DNA of 35,598 bases from Euglena gracilis. Taxonomy: Eukaryota. Below, one piece after another: positions 20,821 through 32,000 of this stretch. The stretch covers positions 28,237,037 through 28,272,634 of the forward strand of contig CP154954.1 of NCBI GenBank assembly GCA_039621445.1, read 5' to 3'. Position numbers and translations under genes: made by a program. The stretch's first letter is position 1, and every line of letters begins with the position of its first letter. Below the pieces are notes generated by a model. The model did not search any database. It was not told the DNA's origin and saw only the letters and a program-made list of their open reading frames with translations.

Positions 20821-21558
20821 ACATTAGGACCTCCCCCGGGGGAGCTCGGGTGTCTGACGCCTAACTAACCCCCCTCCCCGAATATAACCCCCCTTGGAAA
20901 GGAAGTGGCAAATGACGGGAAAAACACAGGGCAGTTCATAAGGTCCATTTTTCCCCTCTTGAGGAAACCCCCCCCAAAACTGGCGGGGGGAAAGCATCTG
21001 GCCTCAGCAGGGCGGTGCTGAAGGAACAGGAAAGCTTTTTTTTGATTCCCTGAGGGCGGCCTCGTCCACGAAGGGGGTCGAAGTCCACGAAGGGGTGAAA
21101 GGGTAAAAAAAATGCATTTTTTTTTGATGTGTTCGCTGGGTTGAAGCCCCAATTTGTCCAACGCGGTCAAAACCAGAGCATAAACCATCGTAGTTGGGCA
21201 TCCTTCAGTCGGGCACCCAGTCGGGCATCGTTTAGGGAGAAAGTTTTGGGGTGCACACTTTTTGCAAAAGTAGGGGGAGGGGTTCATGGTGAAGCAATTT
21301 CCATGCCATCCTTGGAGGACTCCTCACCCTGTCACAAGTCTGGTGTGGGATGACATTGCAACTTCAAAAAGCAGGCAACATTTTGCCTATGGTTTGCATT
21401 GCCTGCAACTTCCCAAGCGTCGCAGCAGTTGTGCATATCAGACAACTCTGGTGAAACAGGTGAAAGACACCAACGGTGACCTGGCACAAATGCAACACGT
21501 TCAGGTGAAAACACCAGCTCAACTGCAAAAAAAGTGCCAACCATTCACAATAGAATCA

Positions 21559-24500
21559 TCACAGCTGGAGTTTCTCAAAGCACAGCTTCAAAAGTTGTTT
21601 CTTCTTCAAGAACTTTGCAGTGTAATCCACGTCCCGTACCACTGAGGGAAGATTTATCTCTCTGATTGACGAGCCAACTTGTAGACGAAGCACGTTGGAC
21701 TTAATGGTGAGGTCAATATCCTGCAGATGCAAAATACTCTGATAAAAATCACGTATGATGTAGTAGAGCACACAATCAAAACCAACAGCCATCATTTTGG
21801 TAGATAATTTTGGCCAGCTCTTGATCCTCAGGACTCACAGTTGAGTTGGGCCTTTTTTAAAGAGCCCTTGACTCCTCCAAAATAAACCCCCCGTTTAAAC
21901 CGACCCACCCTTCCAAACCGACCCATTGCAGAATTTCAACCAAAAAAATAAATAAACCGACCCATGGCAAGTTGGATGACAAACATGCACAACATAATGG
22001 AAGCCGCCAAAGGAAAGAGCGTCCATGCTAATTGAATAGTTGGTATTGATGACCCAAAATTAGGATTTTACACCCAAAATTAGGCATTTGCCTCCAAATT
22101 TTGGAGTTTGCACCTCAAACTGGGCATTTTCCTCCGAAACTTTGGGGTTGGAACCCAAAAATTACATAATTAGGTGTTTGCCATCTAAAATTTGAAGTTT
22201 GCACCCAAAATTAGGCAGTCTGACACCAAAAATTGGATATTACACCCAAAATTCAGCACTTGCCCCCGAAAATTCAGAACTTGCATCCCAAATTAGGCAT
22301 TTGTCACTCAAAGTTAGGAATTGCCCGACCAAATTGGCATTTACCCATTGAAACTGCCATGCTAACATCAACCCGCTTCCGTCACGCCGTCGGCCAGCCA
22401 TGTGCTCCCCCTGAAACCGACCCCTCGTCTAAACTGACCCCCTCCACGATTTCCGCCAACCCAAAAGTCCTAAACCAATGGGTCGGTTTAATTGGGGGGG
22501 GTTTACATCAAAACGAATTTGTCGTTTCGTTTGTTCTTGTCAGGGCGGTCCTCGACGTGGAAAAAAAATTCCTGTCCCAGCACATTCAATGCAAAATGCA
22601 TAGAAAAAAGGAACAAAAAAATGGCCATATTTTGGCAAAAATGGGTCGACTTCAGGGAACAAAAGTGATTTCTGGCATTCTTGGGTTATCGCCTATCTAT
22701 CTAAAATGTCAAAAAATGGCTTTTTAACGTTTTGATTGACCCCATTCGATCCCCGGATCCCTTGGGCATGAGGGCAGTCCTCAGGGGGCGGTCCTCGAGG
22801 GAAAAAGAAACTTCTCGTCCCTCATGAATCGCCCTGGTTCTTGTTTGCGGGTTCTGGTGTCCCATTTTTTGAGGTCCATGTTGCACTCCTCGATTGGAAA
22901 ATCCCAACGAGAGAGGCATCCTAGGTTGCCAATTCTTAAAATCGAAAAATTGTTCAGCAAAAAATGTTAAAATCTGTGGGGGAAAAGGAGCTTGCAAGTT
23001 CGAAAACGACAACAAGCAAAGGGTCCTCGAGCAACAAAAAACCTGTCGGAGCACATTCAATGACAGAAGGATGAAAAATGGCCAAGAAATAGCAATATTT
23101 TAGAGGCAAAAACTGTTGTTTTTGTATGTCAGTTTTTGACCCGGTTCAAGCTCCAGAGTGGCACTTGAGTGGCCCTCCAGCCCAAGGGCAGGGTTCGATG
23201 TCAGAGCAGGTGGGGGGGGGTCGGACCCACCCCTCCGCACAGCAGGGAAGGGGGGGACACCCCCCCCCCTAAACAGTGGTCCCAGGTGACTGCTGTTTGG
23301 CTCGGCGCTTTGCAATTTTGACCCTCAAAACGGCCATGGGTGCATTTTGGGGCAGGTTTGGGGCAAAAATTTGTCAAAAATGCAAAAAAATTGGCGCAAA
23401 GCGCCGGACCTCAATTGCACTAAGGCTTCTTGTCTGTTCATGGCCGGCGCTGACTTCGCTTCTGGCCCAGTTTGTGTGGTGAGTGCCTGGGTACCCCCCG
23501 GGGTCGGTCCGGACCCACCTGGCTGGGGGGGGGGGGTCCAGACCCCTTCTGGTCCAGGGGGTGGGGGGCACCCCCATCTGAATGTGGTGCGCCCTCCTGA
23601 TATTGAACCCTGCCCAAGGGCGGTCCAAGGGCATTCCTTTAGGGGGATAAAACTTCCTGTCACATATGGACCGCCGTGTTTGTGTCAGGGCAGCAAAAAA
23701 ACTCCTCTGTCCCAGCACATTCAGTGCAAACTGCACAGGAAACACGTCTGGAAAAATGGCCACACTTTGGCAAAAGTGGGTCGACTTTCAGGAAAAGAGT
23801 GATTTTTGTGATACTCGAATCCTCTCAAAACGTCAAAGAATGCCTTCTTCAACCTTTGGCTTTTCAACCTTTTTTTTAAACCTGCTTGAGCCCCAGTCCG
23901 GCCCTTGGCTGACCCTTGGGTCCAGTGGCTGTCCTGAAGGGGCAATCCTCAACAGAAAAAAAAACACAAATTACGCCCTCTTCAGAAGCTGCATCCGAGC
24001 AGCAACCTGCGGGAGTATTTTTCAATATGTGCTTTTCACATCGTTCCTTATTGGGCTATTGGACTTTGAAGAGGTATTGCAAAAACCCGACCCCCACTAG
24101 CAAATCCGCCCCCACCCCCTCCACCCCCCAACCCTTCAACCCCCCCCCACACTTCACCGCAAATCCCCACTGTTATGCGTTGTGGGGACGCATAACAGTC
24201 CCCACAAAAAAATGGGGGAAAAATGGGGGGAAAATGGGGCTGTGCCCCCCCCTCGGACCACCGGACCCCCTCCCAACTAACCCTCACTCTCCCCCATCCA
24301 TTTTCATGGACGTTTGGGTTTTCGACATTCCCTAGATATACTGCAAAAATTGGCGGCCCCACTGGCCAAATCCATCCCAAGTTTTGGTTGTGTTTCTCCC
24401 ACTTCACCAAAAATGCACAATTTTTTCCACCCAAAAATTTTCCGCTTTTTCTTGCCCTGGGGAGGGGGCGACTTTGTGTTTGGGGTCATGGGAAACAAGA

Positions 24501-25258
24501 ATGAAGGGAGGGCCCCACATGGCATTTATCTGTGGGTTTGATTATTTTTACGATTATTTGTTTGAAGGTTTCACAGTTCAATTTTGAGAAGTGCCATTTG
24601 TCACTTCACAATACCGCAGCTGTGTTTGTTTTTGCGAGTTTGATCTCCAGCCCGAATTTCACTTACAAAACTTACGTTTTGCAATTGCCCAAAACTTACG
24701 TTTTGGGCAATTGCATGGTAATTGCTTTTTGGAAGGGGAGTGTGTGCGTGGCCAGATTTGAGATTGATTTTTCCAGAAAGATTTGCCAGATTGAATTGAG
24801 ACTTGCTTTTTTCAAATTTCCAGATTTTGGGGAATTCCATTTTTCATAGGCAAGCTGGCAAACAGTGTACAAATCTGATTATATAAATTACATAAATACA
24901 TAATACATAAATTTATCCTGGACTGGAACTGTCAAGGGGTTACTTTGACCAGCTTTTGAAATTTTGGAAAAATTTCCCACCATTTTCCCTGAAATGTTGA
25001 GTTTTCCCATCATTGGAATTTCTGAAAATTGTAAAAATCGAAAAATTTTCATCATCCCCTCCCCCCGTCATTTTCTTTCCCGTCTTTTTGTCCGGACTGC
25101 AGCAGGGGAAGTGGATCACCATCAGGATCTTGTTGTCCAATCGTTCCTCTGCCCAAAATTCAATGCATCTGACAACACACCTGCACACTTTCACATTCCG
25201 CAGAGATGTCAACAAGAACGTGGGTGGCAGTTTCAAGAATGCTGGGTAAAGCATCAAC
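21559..25258 (-). CDS. Host gene, last two exons (25258-25181 and 21720-21559), encoding a CS/p23/HSP20-like domain of PIH1_CS type
   Basis: Phase 0-0 splice gives VDALPSILETATHVLVDISAECESVQ|DIDLTIKSNVLRLQVGSSIREINLPSVVRDVDYTAKFLKKKQLLKLCFEKLQL*. The DI.L.I....L.L......I.LP..V......AKF.KK...L pattern fits PIH1-family CS domains. The upstream exon may extend to an ATG near 25318. Confidence 0.8.
21883..22505. mobile_element. MITE with ~25-bp imperfect TIRs and internal ~21-bp tandem repeats
   Basis: TAAACCCCCC..TTAAACCGACCCA occurs inverted at both ends; CACCCAAAATTAGG-like units at ~22050-22345. Confidence 0.75.
22541..22836 (+). mobile_element. Family-A hAT-type MITE, best-preserved copy (296 bp)
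   Basis: CAGGGCG...CGCCCTG ends; perfect 8-bp TSD GTTCTTGT (22533-22540 and 22837-22844). Confidence 0.92.
23017..23678 (+). mobile_element. Family-A MITE split by a nested MITE
   Basis: Family-A sequence on both sides of 23189-23612; ends GGACCGCCGTG. Confidence 0.7.
23189..23612. mobile_element. Nested hAT-type MITE (424 bp)
   Basis: TIRs CAGGGTTCGATGTCAG and CTGATATTGAACCCTG; perfect 8-bp TSD CCCAAGGG (23181-23188 and 23613-23620). Confidence 0.92.
23686..23980 (+). mobile_element. Family-A MITE copy
   Basis: CAGGGCAG...CTGTCCCAGCACATTCA...GGGTCGACTT, colinear with 22541-22836. Confidence 0.75.
24086..24492. mobile_element. Probable MITE with degenerate TIRs
   Basis: ACCCGACCCCCACTAGCAAATCCGCCCCC versus the reverse complement of the right end, CCCATGACCCCAAACACAAAGTCGCCCCC. 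No TSD identified. Confidence 0.5.
24500..24872 (+). mobile_element. Diverged fragment of the TRIM family (3' internal region, PPT, start of LTR)
   Basis: Colinear with 10225-10570: GGCCCCACATGG.ATT.ATCTGTGG, PPT GGAAGGGGAG (24731-24740), GGCCAGATTTGAGATT and AGGCAAGCTGGCAAACAGTGTACAA. Confidence 0.85.
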
Positions 25259-26081
25259 CTGAAGGGCGTTGAGCAACGAGAATTGATCTGATTCTTCGTG
25301 GACACTTGCTACTGTCATAATTCTGCAAAACTGGAAAATTTCATCGTGATGTGAAATGCTTCGAAATGCTTCGATTGGCAACTTCAGGTAAGTGAAATCC
25401 TTTGCGAGCAATTTTGGAACTTTGGACTCACAGCCAGGCTGTTTTTTACCAACCCTGGGGTCCAGAGTGCCTTGGGGTGCCTGCACAGGCAGGCACTACG
25501 CCCCCATGGGAGGGTCGGATTTCGGCCTGTGCCCAGGCACATTCCTTTGGAAATAGGCCAATTTTGGCTCCCCGGCGGCTTTGGCGCTGGGGTCTGTGCC
25601 AGGGCACTTTTGGCCGTGTGCCCTACCCCCACGGGGGGGGGGGGTCGGATCGGGAGTGCTTTGGAGTGCCTGCGATTGTCCCTGCCCCCAAGGTTGCAAA
25701 CATTGGCGCACCCACTAGCAAATTCGCCCCAGGGGTGGGGGGGTGTAGGTCAATGTCTAATGTGGGCCCCAGTTTTTGCAATGTTTTCCCCCAAATGGGT
25801 GAACACCCCCTAATAAGTGCGCAGTGTGCTAATGACATGGGCGTCGGGAGTCCGGCCCTGGGCAGAGTCCTTGGACTTCCAAGGGAGATAGGATGGTGGC
25901 ACGGTGGCATGGTGGCACATGGTAAACTTCGCACGAGGTACTGAAATACCGGACCTTCAGATGTGATGGAGGGATGTGATGGAGGGAGAAATGGCACAAA
26001 GCCGGGACCCCTTAACCCAACCTACCCCCTAACCCCCCCTAACCCCACCTAGTCCCCCCCTAACCCCCCCTAACCCCCCTA

Positions 26082-26714
26082 CAGTGTGGCCAAAATTTAC
26101 GGAAGACAAAAATTACGGCAAAAAAAAATTACGAGAAAAAATTTTTGGCAAAATTTTTATTTTGGAAAAATTAATTTTGGCAAAATCTGGTCCCCGTGAA
26201 GGATTGACCTCTGGCACAGGTGAGCGACATTTTTGTCCTAATTGTGTGTTCAACGTATTTTTCTGTCCCCCAGTGGCCACAATCACTCGAGGTATTGTGG
26301 CACGTGCCCGTCCAGCAACGCTTGCAAAAAAATGGGGGAACGTTCAAGATCGGTCAGGCATGGGCAAAATATTCGCTGGCAAAAACAGAATGGAGGCCGT
26401 TCGCTGCAACTTCTGATAGAATTGTGCCACTGATCAGGTGTCAGTAATTTCTAATGCAGAGCGATTTTTGCTGTGATTTTCCCCAGGTGCTTGATGCCGA
26501 TCGCCCGTTTTTCAAGGAGCTGGCTGAGCATATACCATTGAAGAAACTGACATTCAATTGGGATGAGCATTGTGTTCTTTTGGGCACAAACCGGAAGTGG
26601 GCTGGAAGAGGGCGTCGGAAACCGACGGAGTGAGAAAATTACGAGAGAAAAAATTATGGCAAAATTTGGGTATTTTGCCAAAATTTCTGTCTTCTGTAAT
26701 TTTTAGCCGCACTG
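26082..26714. mobile_element. Tc1/mariner-type MITE (633 bp)
   Basis: 27-bp TIRs CAGTGTGGCCAAAATTTACGGAAGACA and CAGTGCGGCTAAAAATTACAGAAGACA (reverse complement); TA on both flanks. Confidence 0.88.
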
Positions 26715-26776
26715 TACCCCCTAACCACCCCCCCTAACCCCCCTATCCCCTAACCCCCCTACCGCAGGTGAGTCGT

Positions 26777-26995
26777 TTTGAGGAAAGAGCGGGTCGTATG
26801 CAACTGTCCGGCACGGCGGGGGGGGGGGCGGAGCCCCCCCCCCCCAACCCCCCCCCCCAGAACCAAAATAACACAATCCCAAAGTGGGAAATTTTTTTGA
26901 GGAAAGAGCTGTTCGTATGCAACTGTCCGGCACGGCGGGGGGGGGGCCCCCCCCGAACCCCCCCCCAGAACCAAAATAACACAATCCCAAAGTTG
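26777..26995. repeat. Tandem duplication, 2 x ~119 bp
   Basis: TTTGAGGAAAGAGC...TCGTATGCAACTGTCCGGCACGGCGGG...CAGAACCAAAATAACACAATCCCAAAGT occurs twice. Confidence 0.92.
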
Positions 26996-27768
26996 GTAAT
27001 TTTTTTTTCACATCAGAGAGCAAAGCATTGATTGGACATTCAGGCATGCTGCTTGCAAAAAGGGGCTTCTTTCGTTCCTAATTCCGCGCCAAAATGGAGA
27101 ATACGAAGAAGTTGATAGTACTAGGCATCGTTGTGAGAAGAAAACTGAATAAAAAACATTTAATTCTACAATTATTGTGAGGCCTAAAGTCTTTTGATAA
27201 CAAACAAACACCCCCGAACCACCCCCTTGCCCCCCCCTAACCCCCCCTAACCCCCCTACCCCTAACCCCCCCTAACCCCCCCAACCCCCCCTAACCCCCT
27301 AACCCCTAACCACCCCCCCTAACCCCCACTAACCCCTGGCGAAGTCGGACACACTCACCTCAGAGTTGGTGCCAGGGTGAACCAGCCCTTACATTTGACA
27401 GGGCTGGGCCAAGAGTGTGACGCCCAAACCTTTTACTCCTCACACGTCTCCTCCTGTGCCCCCCCCCCCCGCACGACACAATGCGCGAGACGACAAGTTC
27501 ACCCGATGTTGTATAATATTTTATGACCCCCCAACGTGGTCAGCTATTTTGTCCGGTGAACCTCCCCGGCCCACATCACTTCAATCCCCTCAGTCTCTTG
27601 GCTGCTTTTCAAAATACGTAACCACACCCTGGCTTATCATAAGGGGTGAAATGCGCCAACCCCTGTAACGTCATTACCCCCGAGACGGCTCTCAGAAACC
27701 AGCGACCCCCCCCCCCGGCCTTTATCCCGCCAGCACGCACCCTCGTGGTTGTGCTGCGCTGTCTTCAC

Positions 27769-28009
27769 TCGGTCCACCGCGGCCGTCGACCTGGCCTTGT
27801 TCCCTCGGTCCACCGAGGCCGTCGACCTGGCGTTGTTCCCTCGGTCCACCGCGGCCGTCGACCTGGCCTTGTTCACTCGGTCCACCGCGGCCGTCGACCT
27901 GGCCTTGTTCCCTCGGTCCACCGCGGCCGTCGACCTGGCCTTGTTCCCTCGGTCCACCGCGGCCGTCGACCTGACGTTGTTCTTTCGGTCCACCGCGGCC
28001 GTCGACCTG
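27769..28009. repeat. 36-bp minisatellite, 7 copies (last one partial)
   Basis: TCGGTCCACCGCGGCCGTCGACCTGGCCTTGTTCCC starting at 27769, 27805, 27841, 27877, 27913, 27949 and 27985. Confidence 0.97.
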
Positions 28010-28860
28010 TCCCCCTTCCCCTTGGGCAAAAGTGGGTGGGTCCCCCGGGGTCCCCCCCCCCCGCCCCCTCACCCTAGGGGCCAGCCCCCACCAGTGAGTT
28101 GGCCGCCGACCCCACCCCCTGCCCGCCCCCTCGTCTAGCACCCAGGAACCCTACCCCGGCTCTGCCTCCACCTATTGCCCTCCCCGCCCACCCACCCACC
28201 CACCACCCATGAACCCTGCTTTTCTAATTAGTTGGGAAACTTTTTCTCCCCGCATCACTGGTTGGTTTCTTGTTGTTTCCGTGTGACCATCCTCACGCAT
28301 ATGACCATTTATTTGCATCCCTGGCCCGAACTTTACCTACAAATGATATCCCATTTTCTCAGTCACATACACAGGTCAGCCAGTGTACACCAGTGGGGCA
28401 CTTTTGGTTCAATATGAGCCTCCAGATCCCTCAATTGAAACGCACTATACGGCGCACATCTACAAAGACTAATTCAGCCGGCATTTTTTCCAGCCAGCTG
28501 GCTAGAATCCCCCTGGGGGGACAAAGCACTGGATTCTTTTTGAATATAAGCGAGAAAGACCCCTCCCCAGTGCAGTTTCCACCCTGTCCACACTGGCCTT
28601 GTCCATCCAGCGGCGCCCGTGTATGTAACGACGTCCGGGCCCAGCCCCAACCCGTGTCGACAGACCAGGGACTAGGACTGACTAACCAGGCCCCGCAGCG
28701 GCCTGGTTTTTCTCGCTGCACCCAAGACAACACGCTTGTCCTGCCGTCTGGCAGAACCAGGGCCCCAGAGGGGGTAGCATGCGGACCCCCCCCCCTGATT
28801 CAAGGCACCGCCGGAAACTCACCAACACTCCCCGGTCACCCCTCCGCCCAAGTCGCCCCC

Positions 28861-29090
28861 TAAACCCGACCCCCCACTTATAACCCCCCATCCTATAACC
28901 CCCCCTATTCATAACCCCGCCCCTCGGGCCCAACCACTAAACCGTGATTTATCATCCCACCCCCGGAAGCCATGAGAAGGCAAAGAGAACCGCCAAGGCT
29001 AAAAACCCCCACTTATAGCCCCCCCTCGGGGTCAACCAATAAACAGGATCCTATGACCCCCCGGGGGGTTACAGGTGAGGGGGGGTTTAT
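28861..29090. mobile_element. Possible short MITE
   Basis: Degenerate inverted ends: TAAACCC..CCCCCACTTATAACCCCCC versus TAAACCCCCCTCACCTGTAACCCCCC (reverse complement). Confidence 0.45.
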
Positions 29091-32000
29091 CTACCCCAGC
29101 TGGCAACCCCGGCCCCACCCCCTACTGACTCCAGCCGACATCCCCGACCCGCCCCCGACCTACCCCGGCCGGCAGCCCCGGCCCCGCCCCCTACCAACCC
29201 CAGCCGACATCCCCGACCCACCCACCTACCGACCCCCGGCAGCCCCGGCCCCGACCCCTACCGACCCCAACCGATATCCCCGGCCCTGCCCCCTACCTAC
29301 CCCAGCCGGCAACCCCGGCCCTGCCCCCTACCGACTCCAGCCGACACCCCCGACCCACCCACCTACCTACCCCAGCCGGCAGCCCCGTCCCCGCCCCCTA
29401 CCAAACCAGCCGACACCCCCGACCCGCCCACCTACCTACCCCAGCCGGCAGCCCCGACCCTGCCCCCTACCAATTCCAGCCGACATATCCGACCCGCCCC
29501 CGACCTACCCAAGCCGGCAGCCCCGGCCCTGCCCCCTATCTACTCCGACTGGCAACCCCGGCCCCGCCCCCTACTGACTCCAGCCGGCAGCCCCGGCCCC
29601 GCCCCCTACCGACTCCAGCCGGCAGCCCCGGCCCAGCCCCCTACCAACTCCAGCCGACATCCCCGACCCGCCCCTTACCTACTCCAACTGGCAGCCCCTG
29701 GCCCGCCCACTACCTATCCCAGCCGGCAGCCCCGGCCCCGACCTCTAGCGACTGCAGCCGACACACCCGACCCGCATATCCGACCCGCCCCCACCTACCC
29801 CAGCCGGCATCCCCAGCCACGCCCCCTACCGACTACAGCCGACACCCCCGACCCGCCCCCTACCTACCCCAGCCGGCAGCCCCGACCCGCCCCCTACCTA
29901 CTCCGACTGGCAGCCCCTGGCCCGCCCCCTACCGACTCCAGCCGACAATTCCGTCCCGCCCCCGACCTACCCCGGCCAGCAGCCCCGGCCCCGCCCCCTA
30001 CCGACTCCAGCCGACATCCCCGACCCGCCCCCGACCTACCCCAGCCGGCAGCCCCGGTCCCGCCCCCTACCGACTCCAGCCGACATCCCCAACCCGCCCC
30101 TTACCTACTCCAACTGGCAGCCCCTGGCCCGCCCACTACCTATCCCAGCCGGCATCCCCGGCCCCGCCCCCTACCTACCCCAGCCGGCAACCCCGGTCCC
30201 GCCCCCTACCGACTCCAGCCGACATCCCCGACCCGCCCCTTACCTACTCCAACTGGCAGCCCCTGGCCCGCCCACTACCTATCCCAGCCGGCAGCCCCGG
30301 CCCCGACCCCTACCGACTGCAGCCGACACCCCCGACCCGCCCCCTACCAAACCAGCCAACATCCCCGACCCGCCCCCGACCTACCCAGCCGGCAGCCCCC
30401 GCCCCGCCCCCCCTACCAAACCAGCCAACATCCCCGACCCGCCCCCGACCTACCCCAGCCGGCAGCCCCGGCCCCGCCCCCTACCAAACCAGCCAACATC
30501 CCCGACCCGCCCCCGACCTACCCCAGCCGGCAGCCCCGACCCTGCCCCCTACCAATTCCAGCTGACATATCCGACCCGCCCCCGACCTACCCCAGCCGGC
30601 TGCCCCGGCCCTGCCCCCTACCGACTACAGCCGACACCCCCGACCCGCCCCCTACCTACCCCAGCCGGCAGCCCCGACCCGCCCCCTACCTACTCCGACT
30701 GGCAGCCCCTGGCCCGCCCCCTACCGACTCCAGCCGACATTTCCGTCCCGCCCCCGACCTACCCCGGCCAGCAGCCCCGGCCCCGCCCCCTACCGACTCC
30801 AGCCGACATCCCCGACCCGCCCCCGCCCTACCCCAGCCGGCAACCCCGGTCCCGCCCCCTACCGACTCCAGCCGACATCCCCAACCCGCCCCTTACCTAC
30901 TCCAACTGGCAGCCCCTGGCCCGCCCACTACCTATCCCAGCCGGCAGCCCCGGCCCCGACCACTACCGACTGCAGCCGACACACCCGACCCGCCCCCTAC
31001 CAAACCAGCCAACATCCCCGACCCGCCCCCGACCTACCCCAGCCGGCAGCCCCGGCCCTGCCCCCTACCAAACCAGCCAACATCCCCGACCCGCCCCCGA
31101 CCTACCCCAGCCGGCAGCCCCGACCCGCCCCCTACCTACTCCGACTGGCAGCCCCTGGCCCGCCCCCTACCGACTCCAGCCGACATTTCCGTCCCGCCCC
31201 CGACCTACCCCGGCCAGCAGCCCCGGCCCCGCCCCCTACCGACTCCAGCCGACATCCCCGACCCGCCCCCGCCCTACCCCAGCCGGCAACCCCGGTCCCG
31301 CCCCCTACCGACTCCAGCCGACATCCCCAACCCGCCCCTTACCTACTCCAACTGGCAGCCCCTGGCCCGCCCACTACCTATCCCAGCCGGCAGCCCCGGC
31401 CCCGACCACTACCGACTGCAGCCGACACACCCGACCCCCCCCCCACCCAACCCAGCCCACCTCCCCGCCCCGCCCCCCACCTTCCCCAGCCGCCCGCCCC
31501 GGCCCTGCCCCCCACCTACTCCGACTGGCAGCCCTGGCCCCGCCCGCTACTGACTCCAGCCGGCGGCCCCGGCCCCGCCCCCCACCCAAACCCAACCGCA
31601 CCCCCCCCCCCCCCCCCCCCACCCACTCCAGCCAACATCCCCGACCCGCCCCCTACCTACCCCAGCCAGCAGCCCCGACCCGCCCCCTACCGACTCCAGC
31701 CGGCAGCCCCGCCCCCGCCCCCTACCGACTCCAGCCGGCAGCCCCAGCCCCGCCCCCTACCGACTCCGACTGGCAGCCCCGGCCCCGCCCCCTACCAACT
31801 CCAGCCGACACCCCCAACCCGCCCCCTACCAAATCTAGCCGACACCCCCAACCCGCCCCCTACCAAATCCAGCCGACATCCCCGACCCGCCCCCGACCTA
31901 CCCCAGCCGGCAGCCCTGGCCCCGCCCCCTACCTACCCCGGCCGGCAGCCCCGGCCCCGCCCCCAACCTATCCCAGCCGGCAGCCCCAGCCCCGTCCCCT

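Larger units (their letters stand above)
26008..27337. repeat. Interrupted degenerate telomere-like (C3-8TAA)n tracts at ~26008-26081, ~26715-26761 and ~27211-27337
   Basis: CCCCCCTAA units seen directly. Confidence 0.85.

Noticed and set aside
23975-24006. Extra mini-exon of the CS gene
   Set aside because: It has AG/GT borders, but 32 nt would break the phase 0-0 join that already yields a continuous CS domain.
26008-27337. True telomere or chromosome end
   Set aside because: Units are irregular, short and interrupted, with complex sequence on both sides.
27769-28009. CRISPR array
   Set aside because: The 'spacers' are only 11 bp and nearly identical to each other; the context is eukaryotic and there are no cas genes.
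28972-29577. Extensin-like Pro-rich protein
   Set aside because: It is a translation of the C-rich satellite; unit lengths vary and break the frame.
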